A stretch of DNA of 64,000 bases from Verrucomicrobiaceae bacterium (GCA_051252135.1 JBPOGH010000010.1:32001-96000); one strand, 5' to 3'. Counted from the stretch's first letter, positions 19,311-30,432 are shown. Translations and numbers: made by a program. The notes: a model not told the origin generated them from the letters alone.

Positions 19311-19928
19311 ATGACCGCAGGCCCTCATCCCTACCAAGAGATTTCGCTGAGTTCGGCTGGAACCGTGTTGGGGCTGGCGTTGACGGTGCTCTACGGGGCG
19401 GCGCTCTTTAAGCCGCAGGCTGCCAAGAAGTGGGCGGTGAAGTTGCCGCGCAGCTATCAGGCGGGGGTTTATTCGATGTCGATCGGGATGATTTGGTTTT
19501 GGTTGTTGGTGGCTCCGAACTTGCGCGGGACGTTTTCGTTTTTGGGTGCGCTGAGCATGGACTTTGCGGACTTTTCGGCGATGAAGCCGTATCTTCAGAT
19601 TGCGGTGCCCCTGGCCTGTGTGGGGATGATCAATTATGTGCGCGAGTTTCTCTTTGTGCGTGGCTTTGGACTTTGCCTGCTGATGGCGGCGGCGCCTTTG
19701 CTTTATGCGGCTGATTTTGAGGAGGCTCCGCTGCGAATTTTGATTCCGATTATTGCGTATGGAATGATCATTAAAGGACTTTATTTTGTGGGGATGCCCT
19801 ATTTGTTCCGTGATGGCGCGGAGTGGCTGACTGCAAATGATACGCGCTTCAAGGCAGCCCTCACGTTCGGTCTGGCGATCGGCTTGGTTGTTTTGGGTTG
19901 TTCCTTCACGGTGTGGCGCGGTTACTAA
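19311..19928 (+). CDS. Hypothetical multi-pass membrane protein
   Basis: About six hydrophobic segments; 9 bp upstream of ppaC. Confidence 0.75.
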   Translation: MTAGPHPYQEISLSSAGTVLGLALTVLYGAALFKPQAAKKWAVKLPRSYQAGVYSMSIGMIWFWLLVAPNLRGTFSFLGALSMDFADFSAMKPYLQIAVPLACVGMINYVREFLFVRGFGLCLLMAAAPLLYAADFEEAPLRILIPIIAYGMIIKGLYFVGMPYLFRDGAEWLTANDTRFKAALTFGLAIGLVVLGCSFTVWRGY

Positions 19929-19937
19929 TCGAATATT

Positions 19938-21614
19938 ATGGCACTTCCCTGGTATGTGATCGGGCACAAGAATCCGGATGCTGATGCAATCTGTGCGGCC
20001 GTGGGTCATGCGGCCTATCTGCGGGCGACGGGTGTGACGGAGGTGGAGGCTGCGCGATGTGGGGAGCTTCCTCCACGGGTAAAGGTCGTGCTGGAGCGGG
20101 CCGGTCTGGAGCCTCCGACATTGATTGATGATGTGCGCCCTACGGCGGGATCAATCTCCCGCAAGAGTGTGGTGGCGGTGCGGCAGGATGATACCTTTCT
20201 GATGGCTTACCGGTTGATGGTGGATCACAATGTGAGGTCGGTGCCGGTGCTGAACAATGGGGGGGAAGTGCGCGGGTTGTTGAGATTTTTGGATTTGCTG
20301 CAGTTGCTGCTGCCGCCGGCGACGGATGGGCGGGATGTGAAGTTGCTGCATGCGAGTCTGGAGAATATTGCGGCGACGCTGGGTGCGAATGACGAGTTCG
20401 GAGCAGAGCCACCGAGCCAGGAGGAGGATTTGATCATGATGGTGGGGGCATCGAGCCAGGATACGGTGAAGATGCGTCTGGAGGCGGCTTGTGAGGATGG
20501 GAATGTGCATCAGTATATGGTGATCTGCGGGGATCGTCCTTTGGTGCATGAGAAGGCGGTGAAGTATGGGGTGAGGGCGTTGTTGGTGACCGGTGGATAT
20601 GAGCCTGATCCGGGTTTGGCGGAGCGTGCGAAGGAGGCGGGGATGGTGATTCTGTGCAGTCCGCATGATACGGCGACGACGGTGAAGCTGGCGCTGTGTG
20701 CGCGGAAGGTGCGTAACATTTTGAAGGACGATTTCATTTCGCTTCCTGCGAATCAGGTGGTGGAGCGTTTTGCGAAGCAGGTGGCCCAGGCCTCACAGGA
20801 TTTGTTTCCGGTGGTGGAGCCGGGGACGCGTCGGCTGATGGGTGTGTTTTCGAAGTCCGATCTGGTGGATCCGCCACGGGTGCGGCTTTCGCTGGTGGAT
20901 CACAATGAGTTCTCGCAGGCGGTGAGAGGGGTGGAGGATGCGCAGGTGGTTGAGATTTTGGACCATCACCGGTTGTCGGGAGATTTGACGACGCGAGACC
21001 CGGTAAGGTTTATCAATGAGCCGGTGGGGAGTTCGTCGACGATTGTGGCCCGGCGTTTTCGGGAGGCGGGAAAGGAGCCTGACGGGCCGACGGCGCTGCT
21101 TCTGTGTGCGGGCCTGGTGTCCGATACGCTGAACCTGACGTCACCGACGACGACGGAGGTTGATCGGGAGATGTTGTTGTGGTTGGCGCGTCTTGCGGAC
21201 GTGGATGCGGATCAGTTTGCGGAGGACTTTTTTGCTTCGGGGTCCCTATTGCTTCACGCGGATGCGGCGGCGATTGTGGGGACGGACCGGAAAGAGTTTT
21301 CGGAGGACGGGGTGTTGATCAGTCTGGCGCAGGTTGAGGAGACGAGCTTCAAGGGGTTGGCGGAGCGTCAGCAGGAGTTGGTGGATGAGCTGGAAAGATT
21401 GCGCAACGAGAATCAATATGGCCTATGTGCCCTGCTGGTGACGGATATTCGTCGCCACGACAGTGTGCTTTTGGCGGTGGGGCGGGAGGCTATTTTGGAG
21501 AAGCTTCCGTTCGAGCGGATTTCGACGACGGAATTTTCAGCGCCCTCGGTGGTGTCACGGAAGAAGCAGCTTTTTCCGGCGGTGTGTGAGGCGGTGCGGC
21601 GTGCGGAAGCTTAG
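19938..21614 (+). CDS. ppaC: Mn-dependent family II inorganic pyrophosphatase with CBS-DRTGG insert
   Basis: GHKNPDADAI, LVDHNE, ILDHH, SDTL, VVSRKKQLFP. Confidence 0.92.
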   Translation: MALPWYVIGHKNPDADAICAAVGHAAYLRATGVTEVEAARCGELPPRVKVVLERAGLEPPTLIDDVRPTAGSISRKSVVAVRQDDTFLMAYRLMVDHNVRSVPVLNNGGEVRGLLRFLDLLQLLLPPATDGRDVKLLHASLENIAATLGANDEFGAEPPSQEEDLIMMVGASSQDTVKMRLEAACEDGNVHQYMVICGDRPLVHEKAVKYGVRALLVTGGYEPDPGLAERAKEAGMVILCSPHDTATTVKLALCARKVRNILKDDFISLPANQVVERFAKQVAQASQDLFPVVEPGTRRLMGVFSKSDLVDPPRVRLSLVDHNEFSQAVRGVEDAQVVEILDHHRLSGDLTTRDPVRFINEPVGSSSTIVARRFREAGKEPDGPTALLLCAGLVSDTLNLTSPTTTEVDREMLLWLARLADVDADQFAEDFFASGSLLLHADAAAIVGTDRKEFSEDGVLISLAQVEETSFKGLAERQQELVDELERLRNENQYGLCALLVTDIRRHDSVLLAVGREAILEKLPFERISTTEFSAPSVVSRKKQLFPAVCEAVRRAEA

Positions 21615-21992
21615 AGGCCGTCTGAAAAATGCCCAACGAGTGTTCTCATTTTGGGGTCTTGAAGGAAATGTAGCTTCGCTGAGGAGGAAGAAGGTGAACC
21701 CTGACGGGCTGCGAGTCCTTTCACTTCAAGCGGCGTTGGTTGCTGCTCCCCGCCGGGAGCACCCTTCGGGCTGGCTGCGCCACGTTGTTTGCCTAAAGGC
21801 TATCTCCATTTCATTACGGTTCGCTCCGCTCGGCTCTCAGTCGTTGGTGTTTGCCAACTTTGCTCTCGCCTCCCGGCTCACCCCTGCGGGCTGCACTGCG
21901 AGCAGGCTATGTCCTTCCAGTCCATTATCGTCCCGCCTTGCTTGAGGAGAAATTCCTTCGCAGCACTCATTCGTCATTTTTCAGGCAGCCTC
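21614..21992. mobile_element. Non-autonomous MITE, 379 bp, IS5-like ends, TTA target duplication
   Basis: Left GAGGCCGTCTGAAAAATGCCCAACGAGTG versus reverse complement of right end GAGGCTGCCTGAAAAATGACGAATGAGTG; TTA at 21611-21613 and 21993-21995; no transposase. Confidence 0.8.
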
Positions 21993-22808
21993 TTAGGTCG
22001 TGGCAAATTCCTTGGCGGCGTCGAGGAAGGAGGGGTAGTCGGGTTGCCAGCCGAGGGAGGTGAGTTTGTGGTTGAGGACTTGTTTGTGGGTCCAGGCGCG
22101 TTTGCGGGAGGTGTTTTTTTCTCCGGAGGGTGGGAGTGGTTTTGAGAGGAGGTCGGCGAGGCCCCGGTAGGTTTCGAGTTGGCTCATGGGGTGGTTGTCG
22201 GCGACGTTGAAAATGCCGGGGGCTTTTTTACGGGAGAGGAAGAGGCAGGCGCTGGCGGCATCCCGGACGTGAATTTGGTTGAGGATGCGGCTGCCGTCTT
22301 CTTCGATGATTGCTTCGCCGGAGCGGAATTTGCGCCAGACGACGGAGCGATCCGGTCCGTAGAGGCCGGCGAGGCGGGCGACGGTGCCGCCGCCATTGAT
22401 GACGATTTTTTCTGCTTCGAGAAGGAGTTGGCTGGTCTCGCGCTCAGGGGAGGTGGGTGATGATTCGTCGACCGGCTCACCGTTGGTCTGGTGGTAGACG
22501 GAGGAGCTGGAGGTGAAGAGGAGGTGGCTTTTGGGGAAGTGGTCAAGGAGGGAGCGGCAGCCACGCACGAAGACGCCACGGTAGGCGTCAGGGCCGCCAC
22601 GGCCGGAGGAGGCGCAGTGGATGACGATATCGGGGGCGGGGAAGAGGGAGGCGACCCGGGCGACGGAGGCGTCATCGGATAGGTCGCAGGCGAGGGAGCC
22701 ATGTCCTCCGGATTTGGTGAGGGTGCGGACGTTGAATTCGGGGTCGGCGAGGCGGGCGATCTCGCAGCCGAGGTAGCCGGCACCGGCGATGAGGAGGGTG
22801 GGTTGCAT
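21993..22808 (-). CDS. NAD-dependent epimerase/dehydratase (atypical SDR)
   Basis: IAGAGYLG, FTSSSSVY, RLAGLYGPDR, IHVRDAA. Confidence 0.88.
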   Translation of the reverse strand: MQPTLLIAGAGYLGCEIARLADPEFNVRTLTKSGGHGSLACDLSDDASVARVASLFPAPDIVIHCASSGRGGPDAYRGVFVRGCRSLLDHFPKSHLLFTSSSSVYHQTNGEPVDESSPTSPERETSQLLLEAEKIVINGGGTVARLAGLYGPDRSVVWRKFRSGEAIIEEDGSRILNQIHVRDAASACLFLSRKKAPGIFNVADNHPMSQLETYRGLADLLSKPLPPSGEKNTSRKRAWTHKQVLNHKLTSLGWQPDYPSFLDAAKEFATT

Positions 22809-22897
22809 GGGAGAGAGTTTAGGGTGGATTTGAGGGGGGGCAACTGTTGGTGATGTGGAAGCTGGACGGAGGGTGGTGGGAGGTTCAGGGTGGTGGG

Positions 22898-23842
22898 ATG
22901 AAGATGTTGAGTTTGGGGTTTGGGGTGTTGTGTCTTGGGGTGTCTGTTCTTTCGGCGAAGACGGTGCGGGTTTTTATCCTGGCAGGTCAATCGAACATGG
23001 AAGGGAAGGCGAAGACGAGCTTGCTGGAGTATCAGGCGGGGGCGGAGAACACGAAGGGTCACTATGCGCACTGGCGCGATGAAAATGAGTGGGTGAAGCG
23101 GGATGATGTTTGGATTAAGTTTCTGGGGCGGAGCGGTCCGTTGACGGTGGGATTTGGTTCACCGGGAAAGACAGGGCCTGAGTTGGAATTTGGTTATGTG
23201 GTGGGAGAGTTTTTTGATGACGAGGTGTTGCTGGTGAAGGCGGCGTGGGGTGGGCATTCCCTTTCGCACAATTTTCGCCCGCCGAGTTCGGGTGATCCGG
23301 GTGATGGGCAGGAATTTGGGGCGTCCTATGAGAATGTGTTGAAGGAATTTCGTGAGGCGACAGCGGAATCACAGGAGATTTTTCCTTCGTTGAAAGGAGC
23401 TACGTTTGAGTTGACGGGGTTCTTTTGGTTTCAGGGATTCAATGATCAGTTCAACGATTCGCCGAAACAGTATGAGGTGAATATGAGAAATTTCATCAAG
23501 GATGTGAGGCGGGATTTGAAGAAGCCGAAATTGCCATTTGTGATCGCGTGTTTGGGGACCAATGCCTCGAAGGAGCCGGGCGAAAAAACGAAGATGGTTC
23601 AGGATGCGCAGTTGGCGATGGCCAAGGTGCCGGAGTTTCGTGGAACGGTGGCGGCTTTTCGCACGGATGTGCTGGTGGACAAGGCGGCTGACGCGCTGTT
23701 CCCAAGCTGGAAGGAGAACTTGGATGAGTGGAATAAGACGGGCTCGGACCGGCCCTATCATTATTATGGAAGTGGGATTTGGTATGGTCGGATCGGGCGG
23801 CAGGCGGGGGAGGAGATGATCAAGTTGTTGAGGAAAGATTAA
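22898..23842 (+). CDS. Sialate O-acetylesterase-like (SASA/SGNH) exported esterase
   Basis: VFILAGQSNMEG, GPELEFG, FWFQG, YHY; start set at MKMLSL. Confidence 0.88.
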   Translation: MKMLSLGFGVLCLGVSVLSAKTVRVFILAGQSNMEGKAKTSLLEYQAGAENTKGHYAHWRDENEWVKRDDVWIKFLGRSGPLTVGFGSPGKTGPELEFGYVVGEFFDDEVLLVKAAWGGHSLSHNFRPPSSGDPGDGQEFGASYENVLKEFREATAESQEIFPSLKGATFELTGFFWFQGFNDQFNDSPKQYEVNMRNFIKDVRRDLKKPKLPFVIACLGTNASKEPGEKTKMVQDAQLAMAKVPEFRGTVAAFRTDVLVDKAADALFPSWKENLDEWNKTGSDRPYHYYGSGIWYGRIGRQAGEEMIKLLRKD

Positions 23843-25029
23843 TTGGCGAAGTAGGATTCCACTCCTTCCGCTACGGCATGGGCGTACTCGCGATAGATGG
23901 AGCGGCGGGGTTTTCCGTCGACCATGCGGAAGCCCTCGTAGTCGCCCGCCTCGTGGCGGATGATGAAGTCGGGGCTGTTCATGATGTAGGGCTCGAGAAA
24001 GACGACGGGGCATTGGTAGAGCCGGTTGGCGAGGAGGTTGCGGGCCCAGACATATTCGCTCAGACGGGTTGAGAAAGGGTGATCGGGCCGGTATTCGTAT
24101 GCGGGGAGCGCGGTGGCGGCAACGAAGGATTCAGCGATGTGTTTTGCAAGAGGGAGTTCGGTCTCGATGGTGCGTGAGAGGAGGCGACGGAGCATGTCGA
24201 AGCGTTCGTCGAGATGTTTTAATTCGCTTTCGTGGTAGGTGCCGTTGACGAGAATGTGAAAATTTTGTCCGGGGAGGGGGACGGGCGAGCCGGAGGCGTT
24301 GTAATGAAGACAAAGAACGAGATCGGGTTGGATGACGTCATTTACTTTGTCTGCGCGGGCGCGGATCTCGGAAGTGCGGTAGAAGAGCTTCTCGGCGGTC
24401 TTGCGGTCGAGGTTTTTGAAGTCCGAAGGGCGTTCGGAGGTGATGGGTTCGTTGGTGTTGCGCACAAGCGAAACGAGGGCGCCTTTTTGCCGAAGCAGAG
24501 TGGCGAGATGCTGGGCTGCAAGCAAGGTCATGGAGCCTTCCCGGATGGGGGAGTGGTCTCCGTATTGAAGGTGTCGTTCTTCGACCACAGCATAGTCGCC
24601 GCCGATGTGTCCGGGGTCGATGGCGACGTGAAGCCCTTCGAGTTGTTGAGATTTTTTCCAGTAAACCGAAGGCCGGGGGAGCTGTTGATCTTTCGGGGCG
24701 AACCGGAGGGTGAATGGCTCGGCGCCGGTTTTGATGACGGCGTGGTTATCACGGACGCTGATCCATTGATCCCAACCTTCTCCTTTGGTGTAAACCGAGG
24801 TGAGGCGTTCGAGGAAGAGTTCGCGGGAAATGGTTTCCTGAAAGGGTTCGAGAAGGCTCCAGTCGGGGGTTGATCCAAGTGGGGCAAGGGGAGGTTTGGC
24901 GAGTTCGGTCCGCGAGGGTGGAGTGGGTAACGGTCCGGGTTTTAGAGTGAAATAGAGTCCGGCGACTCCAATGAGAGCGAGCGGAAGAAGGAGGAGGTGA
25001 AATGGCGTTGTTCCTTTCCTCTTACTCAT
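23839..25029 (-). CDS. N-acetylmuramoyl-L-alanine amidase-like protein (Amidase_3 fold)
   Basis: IDPGHIGG, E, LCLHYNA, VFLEPY metal/catalytic pattern; N-terminal TM anchor. Confidence 0.8.
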   Translation of the reverse strand: MSKRKGTTPFHLLLLPLALIGVAGLYFTLKPGPLPTPPSRTELAKPPLAPLGSTPDWSLLEPFQETISRELFLERLTSVYTKGEGWDQWISVRDNHAVIKTGAEPFTLRFAPKDQQLPRPSVYWKKSQQLEGLHVAIDPGHIGGDYAVVEERHLQYGDHSPIREGSMTLLAAQHLATLLRQKGALVSLVRNTNEPITSERPSDFKNLDRKTAEKLFYRTSEIRARADKVNDVIQPDLVLCLHYNASGSPVPLPGQNFHILVNGTYHESELKHLDERFDMLRRLLSRTIETELPLAKHIAESFVAATALPAYEYRPDHPFSTRLSEYVWARNLLANRLYQCPVVFLEPYIMNSPDFIIRHEAGDYEGFRMVDGKPRRSIYREYAHAVAEGVESYFAN

Positions 25030-25084
25030 GTTCTAATCAAGGAGCGTCACGGAGTGTGGTGCAATTTCAAAAAGTAACAGAGTG

Positions 25085-25900
25085 ATGAGAGTTTTATTTC
25101 TAGGGGATGTGGTGGGTTCACCGGGGCGGAATGCGGTGATTGAGAATTTAGCCCGGATCAAAGCGGAGAACGAGGTCGATTTTATCATCATTAATGGCGA
25201 GAATTCGGCGGGGGGACGGGGGATCACTCCAAAAATTGCGATTGATCTGCTGCGGGCCGGCGCGGCGGTGATCACGACGGGGGATCACGTGTGGGACCAA
25301 CGGGAGATTCAGGATTATTTTCCGACCGAGCCGCGGCTTTTGAGGCCAATCAATTTTCAGAACGAGGCCCCGGGGAAGGGATCGGTGGTGCTGGAGACCG
25401 CCAAGGGAAAAATTGCGGTGCTCAATGCAATGGGACGGACTTTTATGAATCCCCCATTGGAAAATCCGCTTACCTTGATTGAGGCTGAGGTGGCGCGCCT
25501 CCGCAATGAAGAAGGGGTGAAAATGCTCATTCTTGATTTTCATGCTGAAGCGACGAGTGATAAAATTGCGATGGGCCGGGCGCTTGATGGGACGGTTTCG
25601 TTGGTGGTTGGGACTCACACCCATGTGCAGACGGCGGATGAGTCGATTTTTCCCGGTGGGACGGCCTATTTGACGGACGCAGGGATGTGCGGGCCTGATT
25701 TCTCGGTTCTCGGACGCGAGGTGGCATCGGTAGTTTGGCGTTTCCGGACGGGGCTTCCGACACGCTTTCCGGTGGCAAAGGGGCCGGTTCGACTTTGTGG
25801 AGTGATCGTCGATTTGGATGAATCGACCGGTCATGCGGAGAAAATCGAACGATTTTCCGAGTTGATCGACGAAAAAGAAGAGGGATCGGCGCCGGAATAG
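25085..25900 (+). CDS. YmdB/TIGR00282-family metallophosphoesterase
   Basis: FLGDVVG, NGENSAGGRG, DFHAEATSDK, GTHTHVQTAD, YLTDAGMCG. Confidence 0.93.
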   Translation: MRVLFLGDVVGSPGRNAVIENLARIKAENEVDFIIINGENSAGGRGITPKIAIDLLRAGAAVITTGDHVWDQREIQDYFPTEPRLLRPINFQNEAPGKGSVVLETAKGKIAVLNAMGRTFMNPPLENPLTLIEAEVARLRNEEGVKMLILDFHAEATSDKIAMGRALDGTVSLVVGTHTHVQTADESIFPGGTAYLTDAGMCGPDFSVLGREVASVVWRFRTGLPTRFPVAKGPVRLCGVIVDLDESTGHAEKIERFSELIDEKEEGSAPE

Positions 25901-25961
25901 GGCCGGAAAACCCCCATTTTAAGCGGATTTGCGATAAACTTCCATTCAAGTGAAAATACTT

Positions 25962-25989
25962 TTGACAGAGTGATCGACTTTGCTAGCTT
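25962..25989 (+). promoter_or_regulatory. sigma70-type promoter for tRNA-Thr-tuf
   Basis: TTGACA, 16-bp spacer ending TGc, TAGCTT. Confidence 0.65.
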
Positions 25990-26093
25990 CCCGCTCGCTC
26001 GTGGCAGCGGGGAGGGGGTTAGCGAAAATCTGAAATTCAGGCTTCCGCGCACCCTTAAATCAACGCCATGAGCATCGCAAATCAACTGGAACT

Positions 26094-26168
<75 letters not shown>

Positions 26169-26225
26169 GATGACTTTGTAAGATGACTAAAACAGCTAAG
26201 AAACCAGCTACAACTATCCAAAAAA

Positions 26226-27410
<1,185 letters not shown>

Positions 27411-27534
27411 TTACTCAAACCCCGGGACGAACTTCGGAAATATCTGAACGAATCCCGTTGGCTGGTTTCAAATAGGGGCACCCTTAGCGGGGTGCCCCTC
27501 AGTCGCCTCCAAAAACAAACATCTAAAAAGTAAA

Positions 27535-27610
27535 AGGACAGTAGCTCAATTGGTAGAGCATCGGTTTCCAAAACCGAGGGTTGTAGGTTCGAGTCCTATC
27601 TGTCCTGCCA
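27535..27610 (+). tRNA. tRNA-Trp (CCA)
   Basis: Acceptor AGGACAG/CTGTCCT, anticodon arm TCGGT-TT CCA AA-ACCGA, CCA end; before secE. Confidence 0.97.
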
Positions 27611-27629
27611 CTTTCCCTTTTTAAAAAAT

Positions 27630-27857
27630 ATGTTCCAGAAACTCTTTAAATTCATTGGCGAGGTCAAAGCCGAGCTTCGCAAGGCCTCGTGGCCATGGGA
27701 TCCCGATCCCAAGGTAAAAGGCTTCAAAAAGTATAAAGAGCTGACCGACTCAACAGTCGTGGTGTTGATCGCGATTATTCTTCTGGCGGCATACGTCGCA
27801 CTTTGGGATCTCGTAAACACCAAAGTTGTTACCTTCCTTGGCGGGTTGGCCCAGTAG
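27630..27857 (+). CDS. secE: Preprotein translocase subunit SecE
   Basis: EVKAELRKASWP plus single TM; position between trnW and nusG. Confidence 0.93.
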   Translation: MFQKLFKFIGEVKAELRKASWPWDPDPKVKGFKKYKELTDSTVVVLIAIILLAAYVALWDLVNTKVVTFLGGLAQ

Positions 27858-27904
27858 GGACCCGTCTCAATTTTTCTATTTTTCCAAGCACCCGATATTA
27901 TCCC

Positions 27905-28474
27905 ATGCCCACAATTCCCGATCCCAAGAATCAATGGTACGTCGTACACGTTCTCTCCGGCCAGGAGCAGAAGGTAAAGAACCGCATTGACCGCCTTGTG
28001 GAGCAAGAGGAGATGGGCGATAAGATCTTTGAGGTGCTCGTGCCCACTGAATTGGTATCCGAAGTCCGCGGTGGCAAGAAGACCGAGAGTAAGAAGAAGT
28101 TCTTCCCCGGCTATGTGATCGTAAACATGCATCTTCTCACCCCGGCCAACGAGGTAGTCGAGGAGACGTGGTCATTCATGCAAGAGCTCGACGGCTCCAT
28201 TGGCTTTGCCGGAACCAAAAATATGCCCATTCCGATGCGTCAGCGAGAAGTTGACAGTATGCTCGGTCAGATTGAGGAGCGCGAAGGCGCGGTTCGTCCA
28301 TCAATCGAGTTTGAAGTGGGTGACACGGTGAAAGTGTCCGATGGTCCCTTCGAAAGCCAGAGCGGCATCGTCGAGGAAATCGACCCCGAGCGCGGCAAGC
28401 TTCGCGTGGCGGTTACCATTTTTGGACGGTCCACCCCGGTCGAGCTCGAATACTGGCAGGTCGAGAAAGGCTAA
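27905..28474 (+). CDS. nusG: Transcription termination/antitermination factor NusG
   Basis: WYVVHVLSGQE, FFPGY, KOW GDTVKVSDGPF, IFGRSTPVEL; start set at MPTIP. Confidence 0.97.
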   Translation: MPTIPDPKNQWYVVHVLSGQEQKVKNRIDRLVEQEEMGDKIFEVLVPTELVSEVRGGKKTESKKKFFPGYVIVNMHLLTPANEVVEETWSFMQELDGSIGFAGTKNMPIPMRQREVDSMLGQIEEREGAVRPSIEFEVGDTVKVSDGPFESQSGIVEEIDPERGKLRVAVTIFGRSTPVELEYWQVEKG

Positions 28475-28557
28475 GCAAGTACTTGACTTTTCCCCAAACA
28501 ATCATCCACACCACTCTTCGCCGCCCGCGGCGCAACACCCACCACCAAACCTGAATC

Positions 28558-28983
28558 ATGGCCAAGGAAGTAAAATCCGTTCTCAAACTGCAAATTCAAG
28601 CCGGTCAAGCCAATCCGTCTCCTCCCGTGGGTCCTGCCCTCGGTCAGGCCGGCGTAAACATCATGGGCTTCTGTAAGGAATTCAACGCTGCGACCCAACA
28701 GTCCGCAGGTGACCTCCTTCCCACTGTGATCACCGTCTATAAGGACGCGAGCTTCACTTTTGTAACCAAGCAACCACCCGCAGCGGTGCTGCTTAAGAAG
28801 GCCGCTGGTCTTGCTTCCGGATCCGGTGAGCCCAACAAGGTGAAGGTGGGCACGCTTTCCAAGGCCAAGCTGATGGAAGTGGTTGACCGCAAGATTGTCG
28901 ACTTGAACACCAACGATCCCGAGCAAGCTGCAAAGATTCTCGCTGGCACCGCCATGCAGATGGGTCTTGAGATTGAAGAATAA
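28558..28983 (+). CDS. rplK: 50S ribosomal protein L11
   Basis: [27 protein letters not shown]. Confidence 0.98.
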   Translation: MAKEVKSVLKLQIQAGQANPSPPVGPALGQAGVNIMGFCKEFNAATQQSAGDLLPTVITVYKDASFTFVTKQPPAAVLLKKAAGLASGSGEPNKVKVGTLSKAKLMEVVDRKIVDLNTNDPEQAAKILAGTAMQMGLEIEE

Positions 28984-29064
28984 TTTCAACTCTCCCTTCG
29001 GGGAGAGAGAACAAAACAGCAGGAGGACAGTCGAGAGACCGCCCGATTGCACTGCACAAAAAAA

Positions 29065-29766
29065 ATGAGTAGCAAAAGAAGTAAAAGATACGAGCAGGCT
29101 GCCGCCCTCGTCGAAGTAGGGAAGACCTACTCCCTCGATGAAACGGTAGAATTGCTGAAGAAGTTTCCCGCTCCCAAGTTTGACGCCACCGTGACTGTTT
29201 CTGCCCACCTTGGCGTTGATCCACGTAAGAGCGATCAAATGGTTCGCGGTAGCGTTCCTCTCCCGCACGGAACCGGTAAGAAGGTCAAAGTGATCGTCTT
29301 TGCCACCGGTGATGCTGCCAAGGCCGCAGAAGAGGCAGGTGCCGACGAGGTCGGATTTGAGGATCTTATTAAGAAGGTTCAAGGTGGTTACACCGATTTC
29401 GACGCAGCTATTGCTACTCCGGACGCAATGACCGAAGTGCGCAAGGTGGCCCGTGTTCTTGGACCACGCGGTCTCATGCCCAACCCTAAGACCGGTACAG
29501 TAACCGATGATACCGCCAAAGCAGTCAACGCTGTGAAGGCCGGTCGTATTGATTACAAGGTCGACAAGAGCAGCAACATCGCTGCGGCAGTAGGGAAGCT
29601 TTCCTTCACCCCCGATCAGATCAAAGAGAACGTCTCTTCCCTTGTGGAAAGCATCGTTAAGGCCAAGCCTGCATCTGCCAAGGGTATTTACATCAACAGT
29701 GTTACAGTGACAGCTTCCATGCTTCCCGGTATCGCTCTCGACCCCGCCATTTACACCACCAAGTAG
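29065..29766 (+). CDS. rplA: 50S ribosomal protein L1
   Basis: [30 protein letters not shown]; start set at MSSKRS. Confidence 0.98.
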   Translation: MSSKRSKRYEQAAALVEVGKTYSLDETVELLKKFPAPKFDATVTVSAHLGVDPRKSDQMVRGSVPLPHGTGKKVKVIVFATGDAAKAAEEAGADEVGFEDLIKKVQGGYTDFDAAIATPDAMTEVRKVARVLGPRGLMPNPKTGTVTDDTAKAVNAVKAGRIDYKVDKSSNIAAAVGKLSFTPDQIKENVSSLVESIVKAKPASAKGIYINSVTVTASMLPGIALDPAIYTTK

Positions 29767-29775
29767 ATTACGACC

Positions 29776-30282
29776 ATGAACCCTGATAAGAAATATATTC
29801 TCGATGAGATCAAGGAGCGTGTAGACGCATCTCCTTTTGTTCTCGTGGTCGATTACACCGGAACCACAGTTCCAGAGTTTGACGAGCTTCGGACCCGTCT
29901 TGCTGAGAACGGAGCTGAATGCCACGTGGCCAAAAACTCCTTCATGAAGCGTGTTCTTGCCGACTCGGGTCTCCCTGATTTGGGTGACTCTCTTGCCGGT
30001 CAGACTGCATTTGTCACCGGAGACTCCGATGTTTGCGCGGTCGCCAAGGTGATGGCCAACTTCGAAAAGGAATTTAAGAAGCCCGAGATTCGCGCCGGCA
30101 TCCTGGATGGCGACGTGCTCACAGTCGATCAGGTGAAGGCTCTCGCAGCACTGCCAGCTCGTGAAGTGCTTCTTGCCCAGCTTCTCTCGACGATCAACGC
30201 TCCAGCCTCACAGCTGGTTCGCACCATCAACGAGCCCGGAGCATCGCTCGCTCGCGTCATCAAGGCGAAATTCGACTCCTAA
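29776..30282 (+). CDS. rplJ: 50S ribosomal protein L10
   Basis: VDYTG..V....ELR..L, VAKN, LAALPAREVLLAQLL; gene order. Confidence 0.96.
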   Translation: MNPDKKYILDEIKERVDASPFVLVVDYTGTTVPEFDELRTRLAENGAECHVAKNSFMKRVLADSGLPDLGDSLAGQTAFVTGDSDVCAVAKVMANFEKEFKKPEIRAGILDGDVLTVDQVKALAALPAREVLLAQLLSTINAPASQLVRTINEPGASLARVIKAKFDS

Positions 30283-30432
30283 TAAAAAATTTGAACGGAT
30301 GGTCTTTCGAATCCCGCTTAGCGGGCCAAGAAATTCCTGGAAACACAACCCAACTGGTTCCTCGTCGATCTCACGGCAGTGAGATTGAAATGCCCAAAAG
30401 CCTTGGACGCGACGACACCAACAAAAAATACA

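Noticed and set aside
21463..22145. ORFs of 70-160 aa crossing the MITE as a possible transposase
   Set aside because: No DDE or HTH motifs, and they overlap flanking genes; the element looks non-coding
26010..26060. Possible degenerate tRNA before tRNA-Thr
   Set aside because: No T-loop TTCGA, D-arm or CCA end; treated as leader structure instead
27411..27534. Expected rpmG (L33) between tuf and tRNA-Trp
   Set aside because: Only 124 bp with hairpins (27474-27499) and no L33-like frame; absence here is ordinary lineage variation
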